DNA of 50,395 nt, counting the filler, from Bipalium vagum (Eukaryota): the NCBI GenBank assembly GCA_037834085.1. It is 3 parts of 3 records of this genome, joined end to end, with 100 filler letters (N's around TTAATTAATTAA, not from the genome) between each part and the next. Parts side by side here need not be neighbours in the genome. Positions count along the whole stretch, not along the records: positions 1 to 17,390 come from JBBMKC010068780.1; positions 17,491 to 34,213 come from JBBMKC010096751.1; 1 more part is not named here. One strand, written 5' to 3'. A program made the translations under genes and the position numbers. Positions 12,316 to 24,087 of the stretch are shown in pieces. Under the pieces are notes generated by a model, which searched no databases, was not told where the DNA came from, and saw only the letters and a list, made by a program, of their open reading frames with translations. Position 1 is the stretch's first letter; each line of letters starts with the position of its first letter.

Positions 12316-15300
12316 TCATGCCTGCCCAAAGTAAATAGGATTAAGTGAACGAACTGGACTTTGACTGCTTGCAGCTCTAGCTAGTATGAGGAAGTTCAGT
12401 TTCAAATTTAAGGAAGGAAAAATGAAAAACTAAAGCTTTATCATTAAAAATGTCATTTAATTATAAAACAGGAAATAAAGTTGAGATTGTTATAACCGAA
12501 AAATAGGTGAAAACTCTTGTAATAAAGAAAAACTTGAGGAAAAGAAAAAATGAAATAAAAAGTTTTAGAATAATTTAGCAGAAATAATTATCTTTAATAT
12601 TAACAATAATCATAATCATAAATCAATAATACACAATACTATTTAATAAGAAATAATCGACTAGAGAGACCATAGAATGATCAGATTTAAAAAGTTATCA
12701 ATGACAACAATTAACCTTGATTGGTAAGGTGCAAATCTGGAGCAATTTTTGAAAGCATCCATTTGTGGCTCGATTTGATGAATTTTCACATCTCGACTAA
12801 ACCCGTTTTCTCTGATGGGTCGAATTTCCCCATTCACATGACCATATCTTTCATCTCCAATCAGGGTGGGATCATAGTACTGTTGTTATGGAAGAAAAGC
12901 GGTGAGTAGTATTTGATTTAAAATTTATTTATTGGTTTTAATTACAACAAAACTTATAATAAGCATATACTTTAGACATTTAATTGACTATCAAAATTAC
13001 CAAAGAAGTGATCGCTCCTCATCCTAAAATAACCACCATTCGTGTAATTATCCATTCTCAGCATAAAAAATTTAAACTTCAAGCTATTTTTTCAAAACTC
13101 AAACCATTAAATCGTTCTCATCTTCTCGATAAGTTATGAGAATTTTGATTCCTTTTTTATTCATTGATGAACCAGCACAAATTAACCTTAAACTTAACTG
13201 CTGAATTGAGAATCTATAAGTCACAGCTCTAGATCCCAAATGCACCAGAGTCTATACCTTATCAGAGGCTCTTGCCAGTAGTAAATCATGTGCACCCAAG
13301 TTAGTCAAAATGTCAATCATCTTTGTATAATAATACTTTGTACTACAAAATCAATCCGACGGTTTGAAATCGATTGAATATGTGGATCATTAAGAGATAA
13401 TTGGAGATCTTATTGATTGATACTTTTGTCAATGAAGTAATTAGGAAATCAACCATATCGTCAATATTCTTTAATATCAATAAAGATAGTTTTCATAATT
13501 ATATTTTATAATCAACAAAAATAATTGTGTAAACTAATATTCTAATCATTAAAAATATTATCAAAATTAGTATTATTGCTTTTTGAAAAATTCTTCTTTG
13601 AAAATTAATAGATCAAAGGAATAGACTTAATTGATCGTTGTAAATAACCAGAAATTAATTTAATCCGTTTTGGATTTTGAAATTGGACCCCAGACTGGAC
13701 GTAAATACTCGAAATAATGACTTTATAACTCGCTGAACTTGAGAAACACCATGTAAGGTCTATGATCGTCATTTAAATGATTTGAATTAAAATAATATAA
13801 AGTTAAATTAATAAATGTTTTAGTTTTAGTTTTATAAAACGTTTAATATAATAATGCAGAAATTTAAATAAATAAATTATTAAATATTAAAAAATTATAA
13901 ATTAAATCATAAAAATATAAAGATTTGAAAATATCATGGTTTGATAATTAAATTTAATTAAAAATTTAGATTTAAGTACAAAAATAAATAAATTATGAAG
14001 TTTAAAAACCCTTGATGCTAATGGTCAAAATCTTCAAACTATCACGATGCCAAAAGTTAATGATTAGAACTTATATCCAGAACCCCTGGGACTCACTTAT
14101 GATAATCAACAGTTTAATTCTGTAACCAACTAATTTTGTGAATAGTTTCCATTCACTTTTTCCGGTTAAATGGAGCCAGATTTCTTAATATAATCAAAAC
14201 TTTCTTCATATCTTTAACGATATTCAATCAATCACTGGTTACCATTTCAAATTTAAAAATTGAAATTAAAAGATATAAAATAAAAGATCACTTTCGTCAT
14301 GTTGTGAGTGATAAATCGCTCAGGATTATCTCTTGACACAATGTACGTGTCTTCATTGCTGGTATGACCGGTTGGTTCACGGTTACCAATTGTATCTCTA
14401 AACGATTCTCCTAATGGATGTATTTGTTTTCCTTGATATGCAGAATTCATCATCCTAAATTGAATTAACATTTTAGAATCATTAAACTAAATGATAAAAA
14501 TAATGACGATAATAATAATAAATTATAATATAATAATAATATTATTAATATTAATATTAATAACCACAATAATAATAATTAAGAATTAATAATAACAGTT
14601 AAAATAGAAATTAGATTAGAATTTAATAGTCAACCAAGATTTAATAAAAAATAGGAGATCAAAAGAAGTCAGAGAGAGAGAGAAAGAGAGAAAGAGAGTT
14701 AGTAGAGCAGAAAGACGATTCTTTAATCAGAAGGCAAATGAGTTAAAACTAGTATCACCTTTCTTTAAAACCTTGCTCCTTTACTGGACTACTGTCCATT
14801 TAAAAAATTTTTGAAAGAGATATAATAAAGAAAACTTAAAAATTAAAAAAGGACACGTAGAATGTAAATCTATTTTTAAAGTACAGAGGTATCAATTCCA
14901 TTAAAAAACTCTGTTTATTAAATAAGGAGAAGAATTGAGACAAAACCTTCCAATTAAATAAAAATTGAAAATCGATATTTTAACGGCTACAAACGTCAAA
15001 AGAGAATTCCTGCTTGGTTAATCGGGTAAATCATAATCTGATCTTTCATCATAATCTTAAATTAAATCTACTGGAAGCGTTAAGAAAACCTAAAGTGGTC
15101 GACTGTACAGAAAAGTCGATTTTTTTCTCTATTTGAATTTTGAAAGGAAAATGAAAGACTTACGTTGGTGATTTCTTCCCACTCATCACATTGGTATATT
15201 CAGCAGGATCGTTTTTCTTTAACCAATTTAATTTTGATTCCGGTATATCAGTCGGCTTATCATACACCTGAAAGAAGTACATAAAATATTATAAATTTCA

Positions 15301-16725
15301 ATACTGGTTACCCTTTGTGGATGCAACTCCACAAAATCCGGAACAGTCTTGTTTCCTTTAGTGAAACCGTTACTAACTTCCGCCCGTTTGTCGATGTTTG
15401 GCAAAGGCTCAGTGCCGTCAGGAATCGAAAACGGTCGATAGTGCGTATTGTATATACTGATTCCAGTTGGTCTGGAATTTATTACCCGAGGTCCAAAGAC
15501 GTCTTGGTAGCATGGAGCATAATCAGTTCTCCCTTCCGTTGGCTCTTCGGTTTTATTATTTTGAGTGAATCCTGACATTTCACAATTTCCAACTCTTCCC
15601 GGTCCCAAATCCCCTTTATTAAATAAATCGATTATTTCAATAAAAATAACGAAAGTCTTTGCTACTGGATTGTTTGCCATCATATCGGGTTTTGTATTCA
15701 GTTGACATTAAACTTGGACCCTGTAAAAAGTTATAATAAGGGAACAGGTTGTACTTGCTATCAATGTTACATGACCAAAATTTTCTTTCATTATTGGATC
15801 TTTGCAATTGATTTCGTGTAATAATGGTTTATATTTCCCGGAAATGTTACTGGCAGAGTTCTGTAGAAATCCATTTATATATTGATTTTGTAACTGTAAA
15901 GAAGCGAACAGTAACCACGGAGTGTCAGACTTTTATCATTTTCACCTGTAACTGAGTGGGTATATGAAGAGCCGCATCTCTTACAAAGCCACTTGGTTGG
16001 TATATTGTTGAACAAGGTAACGTTTCGTTGCCAAAGGGAATTCTGTACCCAACGTAATCTTTGTGGGTGATGGTCTTGTAGTTTTTTTTAATTATTTCAC
16101 TAAATTATTAAGTTTAATAAATTTCGATCTTTTCTAATTTTCATTGAATTTTTATGTATTAAGAAATATTATTCCAAAATTAAATTATTCTGTTCTAATT
16201 TTTTATGAAGTTTCTTACCACTTGTTTGGTAAGAAATTTGGAAGAAATTCAAACAATTAAATATCATTAGCTAAGGGCAACGAAATATGTAAATTAAAGT
16301 CATAGTAGAAAAATAAAAAGTATAAAATTGATAAATATAAAATCATTATATATGTAGTAATATTAATAAACAATGTTATACTTAAGATTTTTTTATGAAA
16401 TGAATTAAATAAATAATACTATTATAATAAATTTCTATTTTAATAATGGTATTGAAATAAAATAATAATAAATATAGTTAATAAATTATAAATATTATAA
16501 CCCCATTTTAGGATTGTCGATTTCATCTAAATGGTTCGTGTAGAAGATTTGACCCCTGTTGTTGGAATTAAATCCAGAACCAGTATGAAACCCTGGTCTT
16601 GGAACAAAATGCTCCCAACCAGATCCATAACTATTGTTGGTAGTAGTACAATAATGTTTAAGAACAGACGTATCTCCTCCACTTGACAATTTAACATGAT
16701 CCATAACAGGTCCAACGCATTCCAT
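12316..16725 (-). CDS. PPP1R32: PPP1R32/SAXO4 (IIIG9) ciliary microtubule-associated protein orthologue, 9 exons, about 449 aa; last exon and one donor site uncertain
   Basis: Minus-strand exons: 16725-16502, 16099-15946, 15893-15771, 15720-15666, 15613-15312, 15267-15164, 14454-14292, 12879-12716, and probably 12376-12316. Total 1350 nt, frame open. Motifs parallel recalled human PPP1R32: HVKLSSGGDTSVLKHYCTT..FVPRPGFHTGSGFNSN..LDEIDNPKMG; PLLHEINCKDPIMKENFGHGPSLMSTEY; VGNCEMSGFT; PDGTEPLP; TIGNREPTGH; ERFITHN. Confidence 0.85.
12990..13480 (-). mobile_element. Ty3/Gypsy RT-RNase H fragment in PPP1R32 intron 7
   Basis: Minus-strand remnants: DSGAFGI.AV (TDAS..GIGAVL), EESKFS...E, and GGYFRMRSDH (G..F.IRTDH). 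Confidence 0.5.
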
Positions 16726-16779
16726 TTTTATAAATGATGATTATCAATTGAAAAAAACTTTTAAATATATTCTTTTTCA

Positions 16780-16793
16780 GTTGTCATGGTAAA
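16780..16793. promoter_or_regulatory. Candidate RFX X-box upstream of PPP1R32/SAXO4
   Basis: GTTGTC-AT-GGTAAA is a 13/14 match to GTHNYY-AT-RRNAAC, 55 nt upstream of the minus-strand ATG at 16725. Confidence 0.5.
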
Positions 16794-17390
16794 TATTAAA
16801 ACAAAAATCAAATATAATTTATTATAATTCATTTTTAATTCTCTTATGATTTTATTTAGCAATGGTGTAAGTTGGAAAATTTAAGTTAAATGTTTCGATT
16901 AATTTTATTATACATATATTTTTATATACATATTCTGATGCATAGATGAAAACAGAATCAAGTTAGTAAGGAAACACTAAAATAAAAAAGAAAATATTAA
17001 TAAGTGTTAAGTTTTAAAATAAAGACCTAAAAAGATAATTTATTATGAAAATAAAATTGATTATGATTATTAATATTCGATCGGGTTAAGAATATCAATA
17101 GTGGACTTTTTATGTTTATTAGGTTAAGAATATCGATAATGGTCTTTTTAGGAACTTAACATAAAATATATGCGAATTCAGAAGGATTTAGTGCGCGTAC
17201 GTTCGAAGAAAAATTTTGAGTGTCAGTAAAAAGGTTGATTACTAAAAACGAACTTTTCAAATTTATTAACAGATACTGATTTCAAAACCTTTTTAACTTT
17301 TAAATCGATAAATGAAAAACTTTTAAAACGATAAACTTTCAATCGATTCACTGAGATAACAAGTTGCTTTTTATAAAATATATTTTTTAT

Positions 17391-17490
17391 NNNNNNNNNN
17401 NNNNNNNNNNNNNNNNNNNNNNNNNNNNNNNNNNTTAATTAATTAANNNNNNNNNNNNNNNNNNNNNNNNNNNNNNNNNNNNNNNNNNNN
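17391..17490. other. Artificial scaffold-joining spacer
   Basis: 44 N + TTAATTAATTAA (stop codons in all six frames) + 44 N; identical design at 34214-34313. Confidence 0.95.
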
Positions 17491-18150
17491 ATAATGCCTT
17501 TTATTAGACCTTTAAATAATTGACGGTTTTAATATAAATATAAATAATACTTATCAATAAATATAAATATTATACATATATTTTAATTAACATTTTTATG
17601 AAAATTCGCTTTTTATATTAAAAAAAAATTTTTAATTAGATATTTAAAAATTATATAAATATTTAATTAATTATATATAATTAATGATTTAATTATACAT
17701 TATAACAAATATATTATATTATTTTAATATAATATAAATTAAAATATCTTTATTAATAATAATGATAATATATTAAAATGACATTTAAAATTACATATAA
17801 GATGACAAAAGATTATTGTATTGCAGATTGCATTTGATAAGAACCAGTATTCTTATTGATTGATTTTAATTGTCGTAATAAAATCATTATATTATTATTA
17901 TTATATTACTAAATATAATATTATTTATATTAAATTAATATTTTTTTTATAATATAATTTTTTTATTATATAAATTAATAAAATTTAATAAAAAATCATT
18001 TTTTTCCACATAGTTAATATAAGAAATTAAATAAATTATTTAAGAAATATTTTATAATAATTGTAACATTTATTTTGTCTTCAGAAATTAACAACTGAGA
18101 TTTTGAATTATTTTCATTAAAAATATTATAAGATTTATGACATAACATAC

Positions 18151-18492
18151 ATTTAAATACCACTTCAAAATTAATTTTCTTTATTCCCTGTTCATTTGTA
18201 GCTACACAGGAATAATTAGTAAAATCTCCCCGTTCCAAGTCACGAATAGTCAACTCACTACTTCTTAAACCGGGAGCAAATAAATCCACACTGGGATCAT
18301 ATTTTGTAATGTCTTTTGTCATTATATTATATTTTCTTCTTTTACTGGAAAGTGACATATGGTCATTTGTCTTGAACCAGTTTATATATACATTCGAAAT
18401 AGATTCAAAGTCACAGCGAATAGTAACATAATTCTGATTTATGGATGCTGCAATTTTGCTGTGGTACATCTCCATTTTAAAAATTGGTGGAT
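18151..18492 (-). CDS. Internal Ig-domain exon of a nephrin/Kirrel/sidestep-like IgSF gene
   Basis: Boundaries tttttccAG|..|GTatgt; 342 nt, phase 1-1. Translation PPIF..VTIRCDFES..INWFK..SELTIRDLERGDFTNYSCVATNEQG..FEVVFK has the I-set C, W and DxxxYxC motifs. Confidence 0.85.
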
Positions 18493-19016
18493 CTGGAAAA
18501 AAAATGTCTTTTTAATATTTTTATTAACATCTTTCTTTAGAAAATTTTTGAATCGGTGAGATGGAAAATTATATATTTTATTATTAATTATTTTTAAAAA
18601 TGGCGATATAAATTGTCTTTTTTTAAATATTTATCATAATATAATATTAAATAAAAATAATATTAAAAATATAATTATAAAAATCAACTTTGAATTTTTG
18701 CAAACTTTTTATTTAGAAAAATCTAAATTTTTTTGTGATTTTATTTTAAAAATAAAAAAACTTAATTTTTTTCTGTTTATAGATTATATTTATAAAAATT
18801 ACTTTTTATCTTCAATCTTATTTAATCTCATTTTTTAATTTTTTTATTAAATATATAAAAAGAAATTTCATATAAAATTATTAATTATTATTTCATTTAA
18901 TAAATAATAAAATTATAAATAAAAAATAGTAGAAAATTATAAATAATAGATAATAAAATATTTAAAATAATAAATAATATAAATAATAATTAATAAAATA
19001 CAAATTCTTTAAAATA

Positions 19017-19709
19017 CAAGGTGTGTAAAAAGTAAGTATCCCATTTTAAATTGTCATACTGTTAAATATAATTGAAATAAGACAGCAAATTTTTGACATG
19101 ATATCATTTATCTATTCAAATTTAATATTTTTCAACAGTTCTTCCATTAACACTGATACACTTATGCAAGCGATGATAAAAAAAATTCATAGCATTTTTA
19201 CACATTGTTGAATCTATCTTAGATGCTTCTTCTTTGATAATATCTTTTAGGTTTGGGAGATTCTTTGGTTTTCATATGTATACCTTTGTCTTCAAGTGCT
19301 GTCTTCAAGTTTTACTGAGGTATAAGACATTTCCTCATAGATTTTACTTGTCTTCCGGGCTTGAAAATATCAATAATACTGCTTGTTTCTTTAAACTTTG
19401 CAAAGATTTTTCTCATACTTCTCGCTGTTGGTATAATTTTGCATTTTAAATGTTGCAAATGCCATCTAACAGACGTAACTGAACCCGTCTTATCCTTAAG
19501 TAATACAATTCTAATACAGATCATCAATATCGATCATTATCTGAAATTTAAATTTTAAGTATTTATATTTCAATTTATTTAAACAATTAAACCATCAACT
19601 CAAATTTTAGAGGTCCTATTTTATTAAAATTTTAAATCAGTTGTATTTAATTGAATTATAGAATTTGTGCTGAGCTTACAAATCGGATACTTACTTTTTA
19701 CACACCCTG
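19017..19709 (-). mobile_element. Internally deleted non-autonomous Tc1/mariner (rosa/maT-like, DUF4817-type N-terminus)
   Basis: 25-bp TIRs ca[a/g]ggtgtgtaaaaagtaagtatcc (1 mismatch) with TA flanks. Minus strand joins the N-terminus (KTGSVTSV..PTARSMRKIFAKFKETSS..KPGR) to the C-terminus (LKTKVY..KPKNLPNLKDII..RLHKCISVNG). Confidence 0.85.
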
Positions 19710-20899
19710 TAGAAGTTGATAATTTTTTAAAATATGAAAATTAACTGCTGGTCAATTATTAATTTAAAACAATTCATAATTCATTCGACAATCAAGATTT
19801 ATGGAATATATATTAAATATTAATAATATTATAATATTATAACGAATAATATTGTTAAAAAGTTTTTTGTATATTGTTAGTAAGACCAATTTTTTGCATT
19901 TTATAATTAAAAGAAATATTTAAAACGAATTAAATATTGAAGAAGTATTTAGAAAAAAGGAAGTAATATTTCTCATGTGGTCAGATAGAAAAAATATTTT
20001 AAAAAAAGGACAAGCAAGTCAATGTATATATTTATCTCGAAGCTGTCAAATAAGATATACAATGTTAGAGAAGACATTAAATTGCAGAAGAACCATTGAT
20101 TTTAATAAAATAAAAGTATTACCTGAACATGAATTATAAAAATATTATTTATATATTTTTTCTTTTTAAAAACAGAAAAAAATATTATATATCATATTTA
20201 AGAGAAATTTTTAGAAGAAATCAATTTAAACTGAAAACCACATAATAAGTAATGCGCTGAGAAATTTAAGGGTTTTTTCACTCCGTGGAATTAACCTAAC
20301 TGCTTGAGAAATGTACAAATCTGAATTGAAACTTAACATTTGAGAACTGAAAAAGTTTTTCTTTACTTTTTAATCTTAATGCAGTCATTACGCTTTCAGT
20401 TGTTCCACTAAAGAACAAATATGAAACATTTAATTCCGTTGTACTAATACATTGGTCAAAATAATTATAAGCCCACCATTTATTAACGACCAAAATCATA
20501 TTATAATTTTATTGTGTTGACAAATAACTATATTAAGTGTGGTAATAGGTACATACATGTCTTCATAGCTTATGAAAGCATTTTGTCGAATCAAAAGATG
20601 TAGTTACTAAAATTATTCCTGAAATACGTATTATTGGTTAAAAAAGGTTAAATTACATTACAAGTTACGTGGTGAAAGGTAAAATTATAATCGGATGTGA
20701 ATTTAAATAAAAAATTGATTTATAATTATTTCGATCAGTGTAAATACTTAAATCGATTATTTGTGGGAAAACATTGATTTATCGTGTATTTTAAAACTTG
20801 AAATAAAATTAATTTTTAACTGTAGCATCAGCTAGCAACGTAATAAAGTTGTAGTGAATTTTAGATCGGAAGAGGCAGTTAAAAAATTTTGTCAGGATA

Positions 20900-21500
20900 C
20901 ATTTTACACCGAAAGCTGTTTGGTATGATGCAGGACTTGTAATGAACTGATCGAACTCATTAAACGTCCAATCATAACCGATCATTTATAGGCAAAAAGT
21001 GCGGAATACAAAATAAATTACCAACTGGGACCATAAATTATGCCACCAACGTCAAACTACAAAGTACTATTATCCAATGTATTGAAATCTGAGCTGCTGA
21101 ACTTTCGTTAAAAGTACAAAAGTGAAGGGACTCATTGATTTCAGTAAATATAAAGATATCATGAGAATTTCTATGTCGAAGCACTTGAGAAGAAAGAAGT
21201 GGGTTGTCACAGACTGATACACTTAGGGAATTATGTGTTACAAGGATTATTGACCACGAGTCGGGGGATACAATAGTTAACTAATCCAGACAGACAATGC
21301 TTGTTATTGCTAATATCCAGCCGAGCTTGCCATAGATTTATTCAGAGCCGTGAGAATATTTGTCGAGTACAGCTACCACTCTAATCTTAAAATCTTGCTG
21401 ATACAGAACAAACTGCGGCAGTTGTAGAAGCTGGAAGACAGGCTTATGTAGGCATGGTATCTTTCAAAATATGTGTGGATACAGATTGGGGCCTAACATT
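20900..21500 (+). mobile_element. Possible Academ-like (XPG/Cys-rich C-terminus) transposon fragment
   Basis: Degraded peptides WYDAG..SNSLN..YRQKV, IMPPTS and SC.YRTNCGSCRSWKTGLC resemble the LY..SLN..KV..LPPT..CxC..CSCRKxGL.C tail of this group. Confidence 0.3.
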
Positions 21501-21654
21501 CCATATAACAACAAACCTATAGATTTATAGTGTCATTTTATGCAAAAAACGCAAGTAAAACGTTCAATAACGTTAGGAATCTTATTTGATAGTTTCTTGA
21601 GAACAATATTAACATTACATGTCTTTTTATTTATGTGTTTCAGTATATGTACCA

Positions 21655-22912
21655 TGCAGACCTGAAGATTAAAAGTGTTCGGCTGTTAGCGATTTGATAT
21701 TATTTTATATAATACCAAATTCAATATGAAAAAGTACACAATAACAACATAAAAAATACCTGTTTCATTTGAATTATAATTTTTTAATAATTATAAATAA
21801 ACATTTATGCTATTAGGGTTCTGAAATACTCCACTGAAGTTCTGGTAACCCCTTCGTTTTTCAGAACTTGAGAAAACATACTGAGAAATTTACATTTAAT
21901 GATTTAATCACCTGCCAGAGCTATATTGTGTATTTTCACATAATTATTATTTTATTAATAATTGATTTAATCGGTCAGCAAATTCCGTGATTCTTTTCAC
22001 ATACACGTCCACATCTTCTTCACCCATATAATTGAATGCCTCTTTAAGGTCCTTCACCCTTGATTTTACTTTCCAGAATGCCTTTCTCATCCGTTTTGCA
22101 TAGTCGGTCTTTAGATCTGTTAATTCATACTTCTCTCAAAGTTCGTTTTCCAACAATCCTATGACCGCTAATCCTCTAACGTTTTTTAATAATCCCAACA
22201 TGTCGAAATAATCTTTACATTTGTGTAGAAACTTATCGACATCATCTGATCTTCGAAATGATTCTGAGCTGAGTGATTCGGCTAAGAATTCTCTGGTGTT
22301 GGTCGTCAATATCAACAAAATCAGTCATAGTTTTAAAGATATATTTCTGAAGTACTTTTTAAAACAATAATATCAGGTTGTGTAGTATGAAATTTGTAAA
22401 ATGAAAAACAAAGTTTATTAATAAATTTGATTTATATGATCTAAAATAGTTTTTTTGATGACACCAAACTTTACAGACAATTCCCGGGCACTCTGACTCA
22501 ATGATCATCTTTAATTTGTCGTTGCACACCTTTGATTCTAGACGACCACGTGACTCACTATTTTCATTACCTACAAATTTCATACTACACAACCTGATAC
22601 TTAAAAAATTTTCCATTCTTAGTAAATCAATATATTGTGCCATTAAATATCAATATTCATTTCAATAAAAATTATTATAAAATAAATATTAAAATTAAAT
22701 TTACGATTAATTAAAAATTTAAATTAGGCACAATATAAAAATTCAAACATTAGAAATCAGTTTAAATAATCACATGTGCATTGCAGATCCGAGTATTAAA
22801 AGTGTTCGGCTGTTAACGATTTGATATTACTTTATTTAATATCAAATTCAATATGAAAAGGTACACAATAACAACATAAACATACCTGTTTCATTTGAAT
22901 TATAATTGTTTT

Positions 22913-22944
<32 letters not shown>

Positions 22945-23133
22945 ATTACGATTATTATTAAGAATTAGAAAAAATACATTTATGTTTCTTGGGTTCTGAA
23001 CTAGTCCACTGAGGTTTAGGTAACCCCTTTGTTTTTCAGAATTTGAGAAAACAAACTGAGAAATTAATAATTATTGTTTTAATCCCCTGCCAGAGCTATA
23101 TTATGTATTTTCATATATACTTATTATTTTATT
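21655..23133 (-). mobile_element. Direct-repeat pair of about 300 bp (possible LTRs) flanking a retrotransposon gag-like fragment
   Basis: Repeats at about 21655-21957 and 22782-23133 (tgcaga..aaaagtgttcggctgtta..cctgccagagctatatt..ttttca). Minus strand 22318-21965 reads ESFRRSDDVDKFLHKCKDYFDMLG..KDLKEAFNY..EDVDVYVKRITEFADRL, which is gag-like. Confidence 0.5.
22373..22597 (-). mobile_element. 225-bp mariner-derived MITE
   Basis: Perfect 26-bp TIRs tcaggttgtgtagtatgaaatttgta with TA flanks. The interior encodes a mariner linker/HTH2 relic (SRGRLESKVCNDKLKMIIES..RELSVKFGVIKKTILDHINQI). Confidence 0.9.
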
Positions 23134-23668
23134 GAAATCTCTCGAAATTGAAAAAAATTATCTAATTGTTACCGGTTGCAATTGATTTCTTAAAATAATA
23201 TAAAATTATCCGTAAAATAAAACTGTTGTTTTACAATAATAACAAAAACCATTTTAAAATAATAGTGCAATGAACCCATAACCTATTGTTGTTTCTGAGA
23301 GATAAGTTAATGTATGATGTAGATTGTAAAATAATCAATTTTATTTCAAAGATATCAATCAAAACAACAATATTAACTCAAAAATGAATTGATTGTTTTA
23401 AGCAATTGAGCAAACAATAAATAATGATCATAAACTCAAATTATGATCGAGTTACTCTTATTAATAAAGCAAATACGCGATCGGATCAATACTTCTTTGT
23501 AAACATCACAAATGAAAACAATTTCAGTTCATGACTCTCTGAAATGTTTCACTTTGAGAATGGCCTCTTTGAACTCTATAATATAGACATCTTTTCTGAG
23601 ATCATAAAATTTCCGAGAAAATTCGTACATTTTATTAATTAATTAAAAATTTTATTTATCGACATTAT

Positions 23669-23819
23669 NNNNNNNNNNNNNNNNNNNNNNNNNNNNNNNN
23701 NNNNNNNNNNNNNNNNNNNNNNNNNNNNNNNNNNNNNNNNNNNNNNNNNNNNNNNNNNNNNNNNNNNNNNNNNNNNNNNNNNNNNNNNNNNNNNNNNNNN
23801 NNNNNNNNNNNNNNNNNNN
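23669..23819. other. Ordinary intra-scaffold assembly gap (no linker)
   Basis: Plain N run without TTAATTAATTAA. Confidence 0.9.
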
Positions 23820-24087
23820 AATTAAATATATAAAATAATTTTATTAAAATTTGACATTTAATTTTCAAAATTAATTTCTTAAATAATGAACAAAAAATAT
23901 GAGAGAAAAAAATATAATTATTTTTTATAAATTCTAAATAATAATTCAATTGATTTATTATTTTATTAAATATATTTTTTAATTCAAAGAAATAATTAAT
24001 TATCATATAAATTTTGAATCAATAATTTTTCATTTTTCCCCGAAATGGTTTTTAATCAACTTGAAATTTGGTAAAAATCAAACTAAC

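Noticed and set aside
13000-13030. Apparent microexon in PPP1R32 intron 7 (tttag|GATGAGGAGCGATCACTTCTTTG|gtaat)
   Set aside because: It is 23 nt and would break the frame; it is better explained as the RTDH motif of a Gypsy RNase H relic.
15228-15683. 151-aa ORF as a standalone gene or viral/Polinton protein
   Set aside because: It is PPP1R32 exon 5 read through into the flanking introns; the antisense ORF 15315-15575 is its shadow.
17435-17446. Palindromic TTAATTAATTAA as a biological motif (also 34258-34269)
   Set aside because: It is centred in N runs of identical length, so it is an assembly linker.
20296-20499. Possible additional IgSF exon
   Set aside because: No Ig motifs, and the two flanking Ig exons already join in frame.
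23665-24006. 113-aa ORF
   Set aside because: AT-rich low-complexity sequence running into an N gap.
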